Notes under the pieces: model-generated
Seen by the model: only the letters and a program-made list of their open reading frames with translations
Told to the model about the DNA's origin: nothing
Databases searched by the model: none
DNA from: Moniliella sp. 'wahieum'
Taxonomy: Eukaryota
Direction of reading: 5' to 3'
Length of the DNA: 64,000 bases
Assembly (NCBI GenBank): GCA_003971905.1
Contig: RSEE01000022.1
Location: 496,001 to 560,000 of the forward strand
Part shown: in pieces, positions 24,243 to 36,773 of the stretch
How the letters are laid out: every line of letters starts with the position of its first letter
Position numbering within the stretch: the stretch's first letter is position 1
Program-made: the position numbers and the translations under genes

Positions 24243-25879
24243 TTACTGATGGACCTGAGCGGGTGGAGGAACGGGAACATCGATCTCCAGTCTGGCCCGA
24301 ACAGGGGCCAGCTTGAATTTGAGTCCTTGTACTCCCCGGCGCTTGATCGTACCGAAAAACCCACCTGGAATGGCCGTGCGGCAGACGGGACACGCTCCCA
24401 CCAGGGGGTCCAACTCGTGGGCAAAGAGGCGGACACCCGAATGCGAATGCGGGTCACGCCTCCGCTGCAGATCCGCCCTTTGGGTTTGAGCCGCAAGCAA
24501 AAGTGATCAAACGTTTGGCTCGTGTCCGTCAGGGCCCATAGGCAAGCAGACAAATGGTCCAGCACTTGGTCTACCGAGGAGGTAGCGGCTGAGGCCGACT
24601 CTAGAACTTGAATTGCCTGTTGGGCCTGGGCAACCTCCAGAACCGCTTCGATGCCATGAGGGTGAAGGGTTAGATCCAGATCCGGCGCGGCTCCCGTATT
24701 GATGATGGGTTCATGAAGCGACAGACGAGCGCCAGCCATCTTGAGCGCCTGGGAAAGAGTTGTTGCAGAAGCGAGGCGATCGTATATCTTGGCTAGCTCC
24801 GGGCTGGCGTCACGAAAACAGGCCTGGATCGGAGCCAGAGGTCCAGACGAGATGCTACCATCCCTTTCCGGGACTGGCAGCACTAGCTGAGTCGCTGTGG
24901 GGAGTTTGGCCAAGGCATCAACGATTGCCTCCTCAACGGGCCCACGGCAGATGGGACGCGAAGCACAGATCAAAGAAGCCAAATCAGACGGTGAGGTCAC
25001 AGTCAAGAAAATTGCTGTCTCTCGGGAAAAAGCGGAGAACAATGCACCGTCCACGTCCTCCGTGCACGCTACTCGAGTTCGAGCAGCCACGTCAATGAGA
25101 TGGCACATAAGACGAACCAAGGCTGATATGCACGCTCTCCTGGCTGGTTACGCGCACCGTCGATGAGAGTTGAAAGCGCTTGCTGAGTTGCCGAACGGAT
25201 TGCATCGTCCAGGATGGCAGCGACCTGACTTGGAGTCAGAGAGAACGAGATGCGGCTTTGGATTGGGGTGCTGGGCCCTGCTAGCTCTGCCCGAGACGCC
25301 GACTCGGGAACACCACGAGCCATGTTGCACAGCACTGCCAAGCGCTGTTCCCTCTGGCGCGTTTCTTGATTGCGCAGAGCCCCCATTCTAACAACAGAAA
25401 AGAGGCATTCCCCGCACATCAAGTGGCCGCACGGCGTAGCCACTGCATTTTGAGGGGCATCGAGGCAGATAGGGCAGACAAACGCAGCGAATAGCTGTGT
25501 GGCCTTTTGCTTCCCTTCAGGAAAGCTAGGAGGTACCTCGCTTTTTGTAGAAGCGTGATGGCCAGCATCCACCGTACTCGCCTTGGCCCTCTTCAGAGGG
25601 GGACCTGCATCGTGGTCCACGCAAGTCGCTAGCGAAGAGGCATCCGAGGGAGAACGGGGACGGACTATGCCAACCCGGCGAACGCCTGTCGGTCTGATTC
25701 GAGGCTGGGGCAAAGATCAGAGGCTGGCTGGAGCATTTCCACGGCAGCATTTTCTTTACAACAAAATCAGAACCAGACGTTTCCACCCCCTTGTCTTTTC
25801 CCTCCGTGTCTGCGTCCTGGCCCAAACTGTGATCCTGCCGTTCTGGCAAGAGGTGCATTGAGACGACAGGTTGACTCAT
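24243..25879 (-). CDS. RING-finger E3 ligase, Slx8/Rfp (STUbL)-like, with a split RING
   Basis: CPICLDAPQNAVATPCGHLMCGECLF near 25470-25400; CPVCRTAIPGG..GVQGLK near 24392-24320; probable 5'UTR intron from GTACGT at about 26028. Confidence 0.75.
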
Positions 25880-26319
25880 TGCGAGAAACTGCGTGAAATG
25901 GATGCGAGTTAGCAGTAGGCTCGGCTCGCAGGCAAGCAAGGGCCGAGGCAGTTGGGACGGTGCCCAACGCCCAAGTGAGGGAATGCGGGGTAGAGCTTAT
26001 TAGAGCCTGAAGCGCAAAAGGAGACGTACCTGCGCACAGCTTGGGTCAGCAGCGACGATCGGATGGTGGAGACGAGGGGCGGATGGCGATGAAGGCCGGC
26101 GGTAGACAGCCTGGGCGGAGGTGGTGGTTGGCGCCTAGGAGGAAACAGGGGGCGATGGTGGCAAACAGAAAGAGATGGAGGCCGGCGACCTGAGCAAGGG
26201 GCACGAGTCACCAGTGACGAGAACGACGAGTGGCCTAGTGGCTTGTGCGTGACTTGTGGCTGCATTCTGACTCGGCAGGCGAGGGAGGCACGACGCCACT
26301 GGGGCGGAGTTGCGGCCTG

Positions 26320-26442
26320 GGTGAGTCCGGTGGCCGGTGACCGGTGACCGTGAGTACGACTCACTGAGTATATTACCGTTGAATGTTGCAATTGATTTGA
26401 GGCCTCGGCCCCCTTAAGCTTTAAGCGCTAAGCGCGCTGAGC
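26320..26442. repeat. Heptamer/palindrome cluster upstream of the RING gene
   Basis: CCGGTGACCGGTGACCG 26334-26350; CTTAAGCTTTAAGCGCTAAGCGCGCTGAGC. Confidence 0.75.
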
Positions 26443-27565
26443 ATGCCGCAGCAATGTATCGTCGAAACAACAGCAGCCCCCCAACACAGTGGGATCGATG
26501 ATTGGTGACCAGTGATTAATGATTCATCCCAGTCAGTCATATATGTACCGAGAGCGAACCCATCGAGCTGCTGCATCCACGCCGCGGGGAAGAGCATCCT
26601 GGCATGCCCGGCGCCTGCCCTCTTGGTGGGAGAAGGGAGGATGGGAAAAGAGATATATGACTACAACAAACGCATGTGGGGACACATGTCTTCTCTCGCG
26701 GCATCGTAACAGCAGAAGAAACCGCGGAGGATTCACATCTGAATGGCTGTGCTGACGCGCTGACGCGCTGACGGCTCATACATCCAGCTGCATAATTCCC
26801 TCTATGATTGGGCGGGTGGGAACGCGTTCAGTGCCTGGGTGTCTTCCAGTTTTGCTCCAAGTAGCGGAGATGACGAGACCCCGAAGAAACAAGCCATCCA
26901 GTCAGCGAGTCAGCACGCGTGCGGCACAGCGATAACGGTAACTTGTGGCGGTAGTACGAGTTTTGTCTAAAGTGACGCTCACTCCCTATGCTCCACCGCT
27001 CAGAAGATTGTGTTATATGAAGCCCAGATCTGGTTCGATACATTGGTTCAAGCATAGCCAGTATCTTCTCAATACCCACTCCGTCAAGCCAGACGAATTC
27101 ATGCATCTGAACTCCATTGGTATCTGCTTGGGACCCAAACGACAGTCTGTTTACATCAACTGTTGCCGTGGCCACGCTGATTGTGGGTCTCTCTCTCGGA
27201 AGGGTGGAGGAGCAACTTCAAATTTACCAAAGATCGCATGCCACAGAGTCATCGACAACGAAGCAAATCCACATTACAGTTCCAAACACGGCCAAGAAGG
27301 AACTTAGCCTTGGGGCCAAGAAAGGAATGCGAGCATAAAGTGCAGCAGTGTTGCTGCTGCAGATAATACGATATCATTCCTGGTAATAGCAGGAGCAGGG
27401 TGGATAGGGAGATAACGGGAACCACATGTTCTGGATAGGCACTAGTGGGAAGGGGCGGTGTTGTGATGCAGCAGGTTTTTAATACCGTCGACAAGGGAGT
27501 GGTGCCCAGACGTGTCGGTGCTGGTCGTGCTACGATGGGTGTCGGTGGGGGCGAGAGAATTAGAC

Positions 27566-28730
27566 TTAGCACTTGCGTCGTCGCTCGTGGGTACATTTTT
27601 TCCCGCTGGAGGAGTGGAGGGGCGTCAAGGGCGTCAGTGGAGAATGGCGCGAGGTGGAAGAGGCAGCAGTGGATGCACTCGGGTTTCGCGCAGGATGTGA
27701 ACCGTCTTCCTCATCGGAGGAGACAAGCTCATGACAGGTAGTGCTGCGGCTGGAACATAAGCTGGGGGGGGGCATGGTTGGGGCGCGAGTCTTGGGGCGC
27801 GCCTGGTAGTTGTCCTTGAGCCCAGCCGCAATATTGGGTCGGCGATGGGATGGGGATGATGGGGCGTCGGCATTGTGCAGGATCCAAGGGTGCTCCAGGG
27901 CTTGCTTTGCCGTTAGACGCTTGTCGGCATCGATGTTCATAAGCTCGCGGATAAAGTCCATGCCTTCCTGAGAAATTTGAGACCAGTACTTGCCAGTAAA
28001 TTGGACGGGACCTGCGAGCATCTCGTCAAGCAAGTCATCCGGCCCTTGGCTCCGGTACGGCATGTGGCCCGAAAGCATTACATACGCCACTGCACCGAGA
28101 GACCACATGTCAACCTCCTTGCCGTATGGTTTGCGGGCCACTACCTCCGGTGCAGCGTACCCCAAACTACCGGCAAGTTCGCGCAGTTTCTCTCCGTCAG
28201 AGTTGAGGTGCTGGGCCACACCAAAGTCGACGAGGACAATTCGGGCTTCAGGGTCTTCATCAGGCGAGGTGAGGTACATGATGTTCTCGGGTTTGATGTC
28301 GCGGTGAACGAAACCATGAGAGTGGATGTACTCGAGGGCGTCGGCCACCGACTTGACTACATGGGCAGCCTCATGCTCGGTGAGATGACCGGTGTGGAGC
28401 ACGCGCTCAAAGACTTCGCCGCCGAGAGCAGTTGAAAGACGAGGTAAATTTGTCCTTGGACTCAAAATTGTCGTAGAGACGCACAATGTTGGGATGGCTC
28501 AACTCCTTGACGACGGCTGTCTCGGATTCGACGAGGTGCAGGTTGCCGTTAAGAATGCGTTTCGGAATGACTTTGATACAAACCTGCTTAGAAGGGGAAG
28601 GCACGGTCCACGTAGCGAGGCGGACAATGCCAAATGTGCCCTCGCCGAGGACGCGGCCAACTCTGTAGTCCTTGCGACGGACGTAGGAGGGCGGGTGTTT
28701 GGCGAGCGGGTTGGAGAGATGAACGTGCAT
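27566..28730 (-). CDS. Ca2+/calmodulin-dependent protein kinase (CAMK1/Cmk-like); frameshifted
   Basis: LGEGTFGIV; HPNIVRLYD; GGEVFER; HRDIKPEN; DFG; AGSLGYAAPE; YGKEVDMWSLG; RLTAKQALEHPW. Confidence 0.95.
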
Positions 28731-28999
28731 GGTGGGAGGGTCGGTAAGGTAGCGGGAGGATGGGTGCAAGGGGATACGGGTGCTTGGCAACCAAGGCAAG
28801 CCAGGTGGTTCGACTGAGATTGACGTAGCGGTGCACACTGACGCCCCGCGGTTCTGCAGGGGATTAAAGGGGGTTCGCAACGACACGGCCTATAACGTCA
28901 GCAATGCACAGGCCTGGTGCCTGACCCCGGCTTGTCGTGATCAATCGCAGTCGGCTCATCTGCAGCCTGATGCTCAGGGCCAGCTCTAAAACAAACTCG

Positions 29000-29440
29000 A
29001 TCTAACGTCCAATTCAAGTTCAACGTTCTAGACGTCCAAGACGTACGTGAGCGCGTCCAAGCTACTGCTTCAAAGCTTCATGAGTGCATGAGCGTAGTGA
29101 AACTAGTGAAACGAACTCCCCAATAAGAATGCCTCCCGCACTAGTCATTGTCTCTCCATCTCGGCTCCGCGCTCCCACCAGCTCCCAGCCCCAGCTCCCA
29201 ACCCCACAGCTCTCCTGGTCGCAAACAGAGCAGGGCACGTTCGCTATTAGGTAATCGCTGGCGGTCCGCGGTCCGCGGCCCCACGCCCCCGCTCCCGCGG
29301 GGTTTGACCTAATCGATAATAATCCCCACACGATTCGGATGTGCGATGGATGATCGATGACACATGCCACTGGGTGATTGGTTTGATGTTGAAACGTTCA
29401 ACGAACACTAGTGCCAACCAGTGCCAACCAGTGCCAGCCT
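29000..29440. repeat. Heptamer/palindrome cluster in the kinase/hydrolase divergent promoter
   Basis: TTCAAGTTCAACGTTC; AAGCTTCA; ACTAGTGA; TGATCGATGA; AACGTTCAACG; AGTGCCAACC repeats. Confidence 0.7.
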
Positions 29441-30204
29441 GTGCCGGCCCGGCCGGCCGGCAACGTCGGCGGCACGCACTGCGTCGCCTGGGTGGCCTCC
29501 ATAGAGAGACTGAGCAAGTGCCAGATCGCCCACCCAGCGATTTGCACTGCCGCTGTGCTGGCTGGCATGCATTCCGCTGTCGCCTCGTCGAGAGTGGGTT
29601 GATGCGGGGTGGGAGGGATGGGCGCAGGGTAAGTGTCCTCGGCTGCCGATCAATGTGGCATTGTCTGGCGGCAAACACGGGCCGTGTGCGGGGGTGGGCG
29701 CTCGAGATTGCGAGACTGGCAGTGTGGGGTGGGTGGCTGCAGTGGGTGCCGGTGCTGAGACGCACGCAGCGCTCAGGCGCCCACACGCTGCTAGGTACTA
29801 GCGGCGCATTGTCAGCACTGGCACTCGTGCTGAGCGCGCTGATTCCGATTAGGCTGTCGCATAGCTTGGGCTCGGCAGCTGGGACCTGCTGGGACAGGCA
29901 GGGCAGCGCAGGGCAGCACCGTACAGCGCAGCACAGGCCAGCCGGCAGGGCCATCTGAGCTTCTCCACGCTCCTCCCGGCCGCTTGCAATGCACCACGGC
30001 AGCAGCACCGGCATTTATGTCATCGGTCGTGCGTATGCATCAGGCACGCATCAGCACGATCGCATACTACTGCAGAAGACAGAACCCCAACCGCAACACC
30101 GCAACCACCACCACCACCACCACCTCCCTTCTCACCCTCACTCCCCCCCCCCCCCACCACACGTTCTGCTCCCCTCCCCACACACCGCTCTTTCAGCCTC
30201 TAGC

Positions 30205-31838
30205 GATGCTCTTCCGTCGCTCTCACCAGGGCGATCGTGCCGGGCCCGCCGCTCGTGCTTTGCGCTGCTCGCCCGCTCGCTGCTCTTGCTTTTTTGGTCA
30301 CAGCCGCCGCCGCTCAGGCTGCGGCCCCCCTCTCTCCGTTAGTTGTGCGCGACCCGGCTGCAGAGCACGCCGCTCAGGCTCATGCGCATGATCGTCGCCG
30401 TGCCCGCTCCTTTCACCATCTACCCCCGCGCGTCGTCCGTGGGCCCCGCTCTCCCTCCGACGCTTTCATTGATGCTGACGAATTGGCGCGTCGCGATGCC
30501 TCTACTCTCATGTCTGGAGGGAACAACCCCGAAGGGGAGCTGCATACTCCGCTCACTGTCCCCAAGGGCGCCAGTCTCACGACCCTACCCGTCTTGGGTT
30601 CGAACCAAAACCAGATTGTCGTCTACTGGTCCCAACGGTCCAACAACCAGCTTGCTGAGCAAGCCTTTGTCATGATTCATGGCCGTATCCGGAATGGAAA
30701 TGACTATTGGAAGACCATGGAGAGAGCCCTCGTTACGGCTGTCAAGGACAAATTCCCCGGCGCTAGCAGCAACTCGATTGTTACCGCCCCTGAATTCTTC
30801 TCAACCAAATACAACTCGGGGCAGTACAACTCCACCGAACTGGGTTGGGTGACGTGAATGCGTGGCAAGCCGGAGAGATTGCGACCCACCCTGCGGGACA
30901 AAGGCATCAGCGTTTGATGTCCTGGATGCGTTTGTCACCGAGTTTAGCAACAAGGCCAAGTACCCCAACCTCAAAAATATCACCCTCGTCGGCCACGGCG
31001 GCGGAGGACAATTGATGCAACGCTATGCCGTCGTTGGTCGCGACCCTCCCTCCGGTGTGCACGTACGCTACATCTATGGTGATCCTTCGAGCTGCGTTTA
31101 CTTTACCAAGAACCGACCGCAAGTTGATCCTTCCATTGCAGCCAAATCGAGCTGCCCCATGTACAATACATGGCGATACGGGTTTGACAACTTCACTGAT
31201 GTTATGCCCACAGGTGGCATGGCGCCTATTGATTACTTTGCTCGCTATGTCAAGCGGGATGTGGTTTCCATGATTGGGTATCAAGATGTTGACAACTCGG
31301 GCGACCAATATTGCATGGCTAAGCTTCAGGGGGGTGATAAGCGGCGGGACCGCAACTTGGCTTACTGGAAGTACATCAACACCCTTGCCCGGACCAACTT
31401 TGACCTTACTGGCTTCAACGCCACATACTCCAAACTTCCTGACTGGAGTAATGTAACCGGACACTCGATCGCACATCGTCTCATTGTCATTGAACAAGCT
31501 GACCACGACGCCAATTTGGTCTTTGGTTCGAGCGAAGGCCGAGCTGCTCTCTTTTTCGGGTGAACTCCCCACGGGGTGGCGCCCAGCCGGGTGGAATGCA
31601 GCTGGGACTGGAAGGTACCAGGTGGCTTCCCGTGGCGCTGCTGCGCCACCTTCCCCTGTGGCCGGTACCACATCTGCTCCGCTCCCTGCGTCTTCCGCAC
31701 CTGCCCCCCCTCCTGCCGCCTCCTCCGCCCCCGGAGCTTCATCAGCTGCCTCGTTGGCTCCGGCGGCACCGCCCTCCCACCCCCCCAGTCTATCTCGGCA
31801 TTTTCCTCTACGTTAGCCCCCAACTCGAGCTCAGATGA
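30205..31838 (+). CDS. Secreted alpha/beta-hydrolase-fold protein with Ser/Ala/Pro-rich tail; frameshifted
   Basis: Hydrophobic N-term (LAALAFLVTAAAAQA); MIHGRIRNG; VTAPEF; SAFDVLD; ITLVGHGGGGQLMQRYA; DPSS; WRYG; ADHDA. Confidence 0.75.
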
Positions 31839-32796
31839 AGACGATGGGATGTGGGTAGCTCTGACGATGATGATGACTCGTCCGGGTCGGGATCCAAGAC
31901 GGCTGGGCACATCATCAATCCAATGCAAACCACACCTCGGGCTCAGCGGGGATCCGCGTTCCCGTCAGTGTTTTTGCTCTGGTATTGCTGAGCGTTGGCC
32001 TGCTTTGATTGTCGCAAGGTGTACCCCTCCTCGTCGCACTGTCACCACCAGTTATCATGGACCTTCCCCCCTCGCGTTTCAGGTTTTTCAGGCTCAATCC
32101 CGTCACATGGTACGGCACCCCTCTCGTGTGTAACATTTTCTTTCCAACATTGGCCACAGCGGCTGGGTCCGTCTCTCGTCCAATGATCAAATCGTATTCA
32201 TTTCCCCAGGTTACAAATCAACTGAGCTGAAGGGAGACCAGTAGAAGTTCTCTATCTTACCGTGACCGCGCACCGAGCCCTTCAATGCCGTTGATACCAT
32301 GCAAGGCGTTGTCGAAGAAGGGTATAGGGGTATGGTGGATATCACCGCTTCATCCCGAAGAGAAGAGATTAATGCAGCCTGATAACACAGAGCCAAAGAG
32401 AAACGTATTCCTGATGAGGCACCACTTCCAGTACCGTCCACGAGATGTGATGCAGCCAAAAGCGTTATTATGGTTGCTCGTGGTAGCATAGCAAAAGCAG
32501 CAGCACTGATATACATGTTGGCTCTCTATGGGGAGATGCCTGCGCACGGAGTCGTCTGGTAGCGCCAGCAATGCACGCACGCACCCTGCCCCTTCCATCG
32601 AACAAAAGAGCCGTAAGCCGCAAGCCGCTCGTTTATTATTGTCGGGTAACCGACTTCCAAAACATCTCGACGACAACTCCCTTGCTATAAGTGCACCCTT
32701 CTCACCCCCATCCGTCAAGATGTGTGTGGTCATCCCGCACGTCTCCGTGGATTCATGTGGTATTAGTAATAAGGGTCCATGTAATTCGCCCGGGTT

Positions 32797-33772
32797 CTAA
32801 GTATCATAGGCCTGATTGCTTCCATGGGGGAACACGAAGCTTCCAACGAACATCAAGGGAGGAACTAAGCTGAAGAGAATGGAACGAACTCGCATCCGAT
32901 CTGCTTCAGATGCCAGGGAACAAAGCGCAAAGCGAGTCTGGAAAGCAGCCAATTCGGCACGGACGCACGCCAACTCAGATGCCATGGCCTCGTTGCTGGC
33001 TTGCAGCCGTGCGTTGTCCTCCTTCAACTTGGCCAGCTCCTCCGCCCTTCGTTTCCGCGAATGGCGAGCCGAGATGGTGTTCCTATGTCGCTTGGACAGA
33101 AGGGTCTCCACCTCCGGATCTGACGGGGAGAGTGGAACCCCACTTGCCCCATTCGCCTCATTGGCTAGATCCAAGTCCCGACGAGACGTCCGGGTCTTGC
33201 CAAAGTAGGTGCGCTTCTGGATTGGCGCATCAACTGGCAAAAGCTCATAGGCCTCACGAGTCCGACGCCTTCGTTTTTCCCTCCGCATGACGGGCACAGC
33301 AGTGGGAGAAATCGAAGTCCACTCGCTCCCTGTGATGGGCACTACCCCCATCTGTGATGGAGGGTCAACAGGAACAAGTGATGTCCAGGGCTCAGTGGGG
33401 CCCGTCACCAAAGGCGGTGCCGGGTCAAACGCAGCACTGAGCGTCGAGGGCGCCGCGAGGGGATCGTTCACCGCGGAAGGGCGGGGGGAGGAAGACTGCC
33501 GTCTGATACGGGCGCAACGGCAATGTCCACAAGGTTCATAGTCGCTGGAGCGTCTGCCATCTTAGGGCTTGGATCAAAAGAAAAGTCGGACAAACCAAGA
33601 AAAAGTCCTCCGCGTCAACCATCGTAGCATACCCAGCACCGTCATTCTCACGAATGGGACAGGTATATTGGGCGAGAACGGCGGAAGAAGGAGGGATCGG
33701 AATGACGTCAGGAATCGGTAACGACGGAAGCATAACCGAGTTCAGTAGCTCTTCAAGTTCGGTAATAGACAT
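32797..33772 (-). CDS. Gcn4/CpcA-type bZIP transcription factor (cross-pathway control); in-frame upstream ATG at 33985
   Basis: Basic region KRHRNTISARHSRKRRAE plus leucine zipper; LLPVDAPIQKRTY..TSRR resembles the basidiomycete CpcA pre-basic motif; probable intron 33496-33595. Confidence 0.8.
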
Positions 33773-33984
33773 GTTTGGGGAGGAGAGTTTGGTGGGTTGT
33801 GTGGAAGATAGTAGAGAAGACAAGGACAACGTCTTCGGTGACTGATCCAATGAATCGAATGAAAGCAAAGGAGCCAGTATAGTGGTGGGAAAAGTGTGAT
33901 TTGGTGCACGGTGTATGGTGTGCGGATAAAGAAGACAAGGGTAGTGTCTTCCGTGACGGTTCCGATGATCCCACGACGGATGCA

Positions 33985-34564
33985 TCAGAGAAAAATGAGT
34001 AGTGCAACGTTGGAAAGGAACGTGCGCTTGAGTGCAAAGTATACTGGTACTTGAACGCTGGGGACGTTACAGTACCTCGAATGGATGCGTACGAGAAGGG
34101 GGATAATTTCTCTAGTCATCGAGGACTGTTGTGGTTCTCGGAGCAAAGAAGTTGCTTGAGTTCCAATAACGTCGGTACCAAAGAATGGGTGGAATCGTTG
34201 CCCGTGATGAGCCGGACAGACTCGAAGGAGGACCCAGCAGTGGTAGGCATGCCGAACGAGGCTGTTGGGCAAACGAAGAGGTGTAAAAGAGAGGGTTCCA
34301 TGAACGGGAGACCGGCAGAGTCTCAGGAAGAGAAAGACCCACAAGGGGGCGACCTGACACATGTGGCCAGGATGCATAGATCTTACGGTGGAGACAACCA
34401 TGATGGAGCTGTCACCAATCAGCGAAGAAAATCATGTCGGGGCCACAGACTTGAAGGCCCCGGGGCAGAGAACGAGAGGGATCAGGAAGATCGAGATGGG
34501 CGAGGGAGGACGCAAAAGGCGACGAGCAGGTCGATAACTGAGACGAACCGACCTGCTCGTCGCC
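33985..34564 (-). promoter_or_regulatory. Putative 5' leader of the bZIP gene: 16-bp hairpin, short uORF1 and long uORF2
   Basis: Perfect inverted repeat 34518-34533/34549-34564; uORF1 34435-34412 (MIFFADW*); uORF2 34401-33985. Confidence 0.6.
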
Positions 34565-35203
34565 AATGCGAGAGAGTTGGGGGATGGAAAGCGGAAGGTG
34601 GTGGGGTGGTGAGAAGGTTCTTGCCGCCGCCGGATGTGGGCGTTGGCTTTTATGGAGAGCTCGAGGAAGGAATGGGGCGCACAGACAGACAGGCGTGGTG
34701 CCTAGAGGTGGGCGGGGGCGCTCGGAGGGAAAAGGTTAGGGACAGAGCAGTGTGTTTTGGTTGTGGGTGGCGACGGGTATCGGACACCAGCGAGGCCGCC
34801 TATTCAAGCTTCAACAAGTCCTAGGCCCCACAGGCAATAGATGACTCAACTGAGTATATACTGAGCGCAGAAAGGCTTATCTTCCCACCACATGTAATAG
34901 CACGCCACATAGAACCCTTTTACAGCACCCTTTTTCTGAACGTGCGGTCCCAAGCGTACACTGGTTAAGGAATTAAGTGCAGGCACACAGCGTGTGTATA
35001 GCCTGGGTAAGAAATATGTATCTGGACACTAAAATTTGCTCTACAACCCCCTCCACCGGATAGACGAAGATATAGGTACGGCGCCCTTGTTGACATTTTG
35101 CTCCCTACCCGAGTGTGTGCTGTGGTGGCTGAACGCATCATATATGCGGTACACAGTGAACATAATGCAGTTCTATACGAACGGGATATTGCGGCACATA
35201 CTT

Positions 35204-35415
35204 TTCAAGCTTTAAGCTTTACCATTTATTCCCACATGTAAGCACGCCCCTAGCCCCTCCTTGAGGGGCCTGAGGCGGCCTGAGGGCCTGAGGCGGCCTG
35301 AGGGCCTGAGGCGCTTACTGACGTACCGAAGACTCAAGCTTCAAGCTTCAAGCTTAGCGCTTCATGTTCACAAGTTGAACGTTCACGCGGTTCACAGCCA
35401 ATATATAAACGTTTA
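35204..35415. repeat. Heptamer/palindrome cluster upstream of the bZIP gene
   Basis: GGCCTGAG x5 at about 35267-35311; T(CAAGCTT)3 35334-35355; TGAACGTTCA. Confidence 0.9.
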
Positions 35416-36773
35416 ACAATCCTGAGCTGCCTACCTGGACCTGGATCGGCCTGAAAGCAAAATAACAGAGACTATATATATCAACACCATCTTGCGTGTT
35501 CCACAATCCATATTGTCCGCTTGCCTATCCCTTGGAGGCTGCTGAGGCTCAGCACTAGTAAGGCTCGGCGCTCTCATTAAAAGCTCTCATTCACCTTTCT
35601 AGCTTTCAGCTTCAAAAGCTTCAACGATGGCCATCTGGATGTCAGCATAGCTGCGTCATCATGATGCCGCATTCCATTCCCTCTGTTGGCTCTTCTCTCC
35701 CCCTCCTTCTGCCGGCCCGCTCTCACAGAACTGTTGGAATTCTGATGGTCCTCGGGCCTCGAGGGTGATGCAATCGCACTAGTGTGGCGATAGTGGACAA
35801 GTCAACCAAAAGCACCTACAGAGGAACTTCAAGCAGCCAGGCGCGGCCAGGGGCTAGTACTATAGGTTACGCGGTTACGGGACAAGAAGGAAAACAGAAG
35901 CGAGAAAACAACGGAACTGCTAGGCCTCAGTGAGGCCGACGGACTGAAGGGACGTTTTGGCCAAAACAAAGAAGCCACCCCCGCTGTGGATCAAGAAGTA
36001 GTACTCAGGCACCTGCCCGTCACCAAAACAATGAGAGCTCCTTATCTAACCACATTCAGATTTCCAGTCTTCAACCCTTCCATTTCTCATGCAGTTACGT
36101 CAACCTCCAAAAGCTAACACCTGACGGAGTGCTATGACTGTCATGACTCTTATTGAGTGTTCCCATTCTCAATACACTCGCCATTTCGCACAGAACTCCG
36201 CCCGTAGCAGATTCTAGTACCCCCCCCCCCCCCCCTCATCGACGCCATACGCGTCATCGATGTGACTATTGTGGCCATCTTCCCTATACCTAACGAGACG
36301 GCCGACTCGGATTAGCAGGTTCTTCCACACCAATGGACATAATTAGTACCAGCCACAGAAGGTGGGCTCAGCCCGTATTTTATGGACCCCATTTTCACAA
36401 CTCTGTGTATACACATCGGTTGCAGTCTACTAAGTTCCATGAATAAGCTTGCAGTGCACTTTGGAGGTGGTATATGGGATCGAGCGCCTCCATTGATGAA
36501 TGAAACCCCAAGACGGGTCAATTGAGGCTAGTCTTGCTTTCTTGCAACAGAAGAATCCTGTCAAGTGCCGTTAACGGCCCCTTCCCACAGATGGGCAGCC
36601 AAATAGTAGCGCGATAGTGACAACTACTTCATACATACTCCTGGACGGAGAGCTTTCCTTACAGGGAGCCTGGAGACTGAGTGAGCACATAGTCTTTTTC
36701 TACCGCCCGAAGAGCGGTGGGACATGGATGGAAGGATTGGAGCAACGCATGCTCGGAGAGAACCATCGGCGAA

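Noticed and set aside
34051..34824. 257-aa plus-strand ORF
   Set aside because: Antisense to the bZIP leader/promoter; composition is not protein-like.
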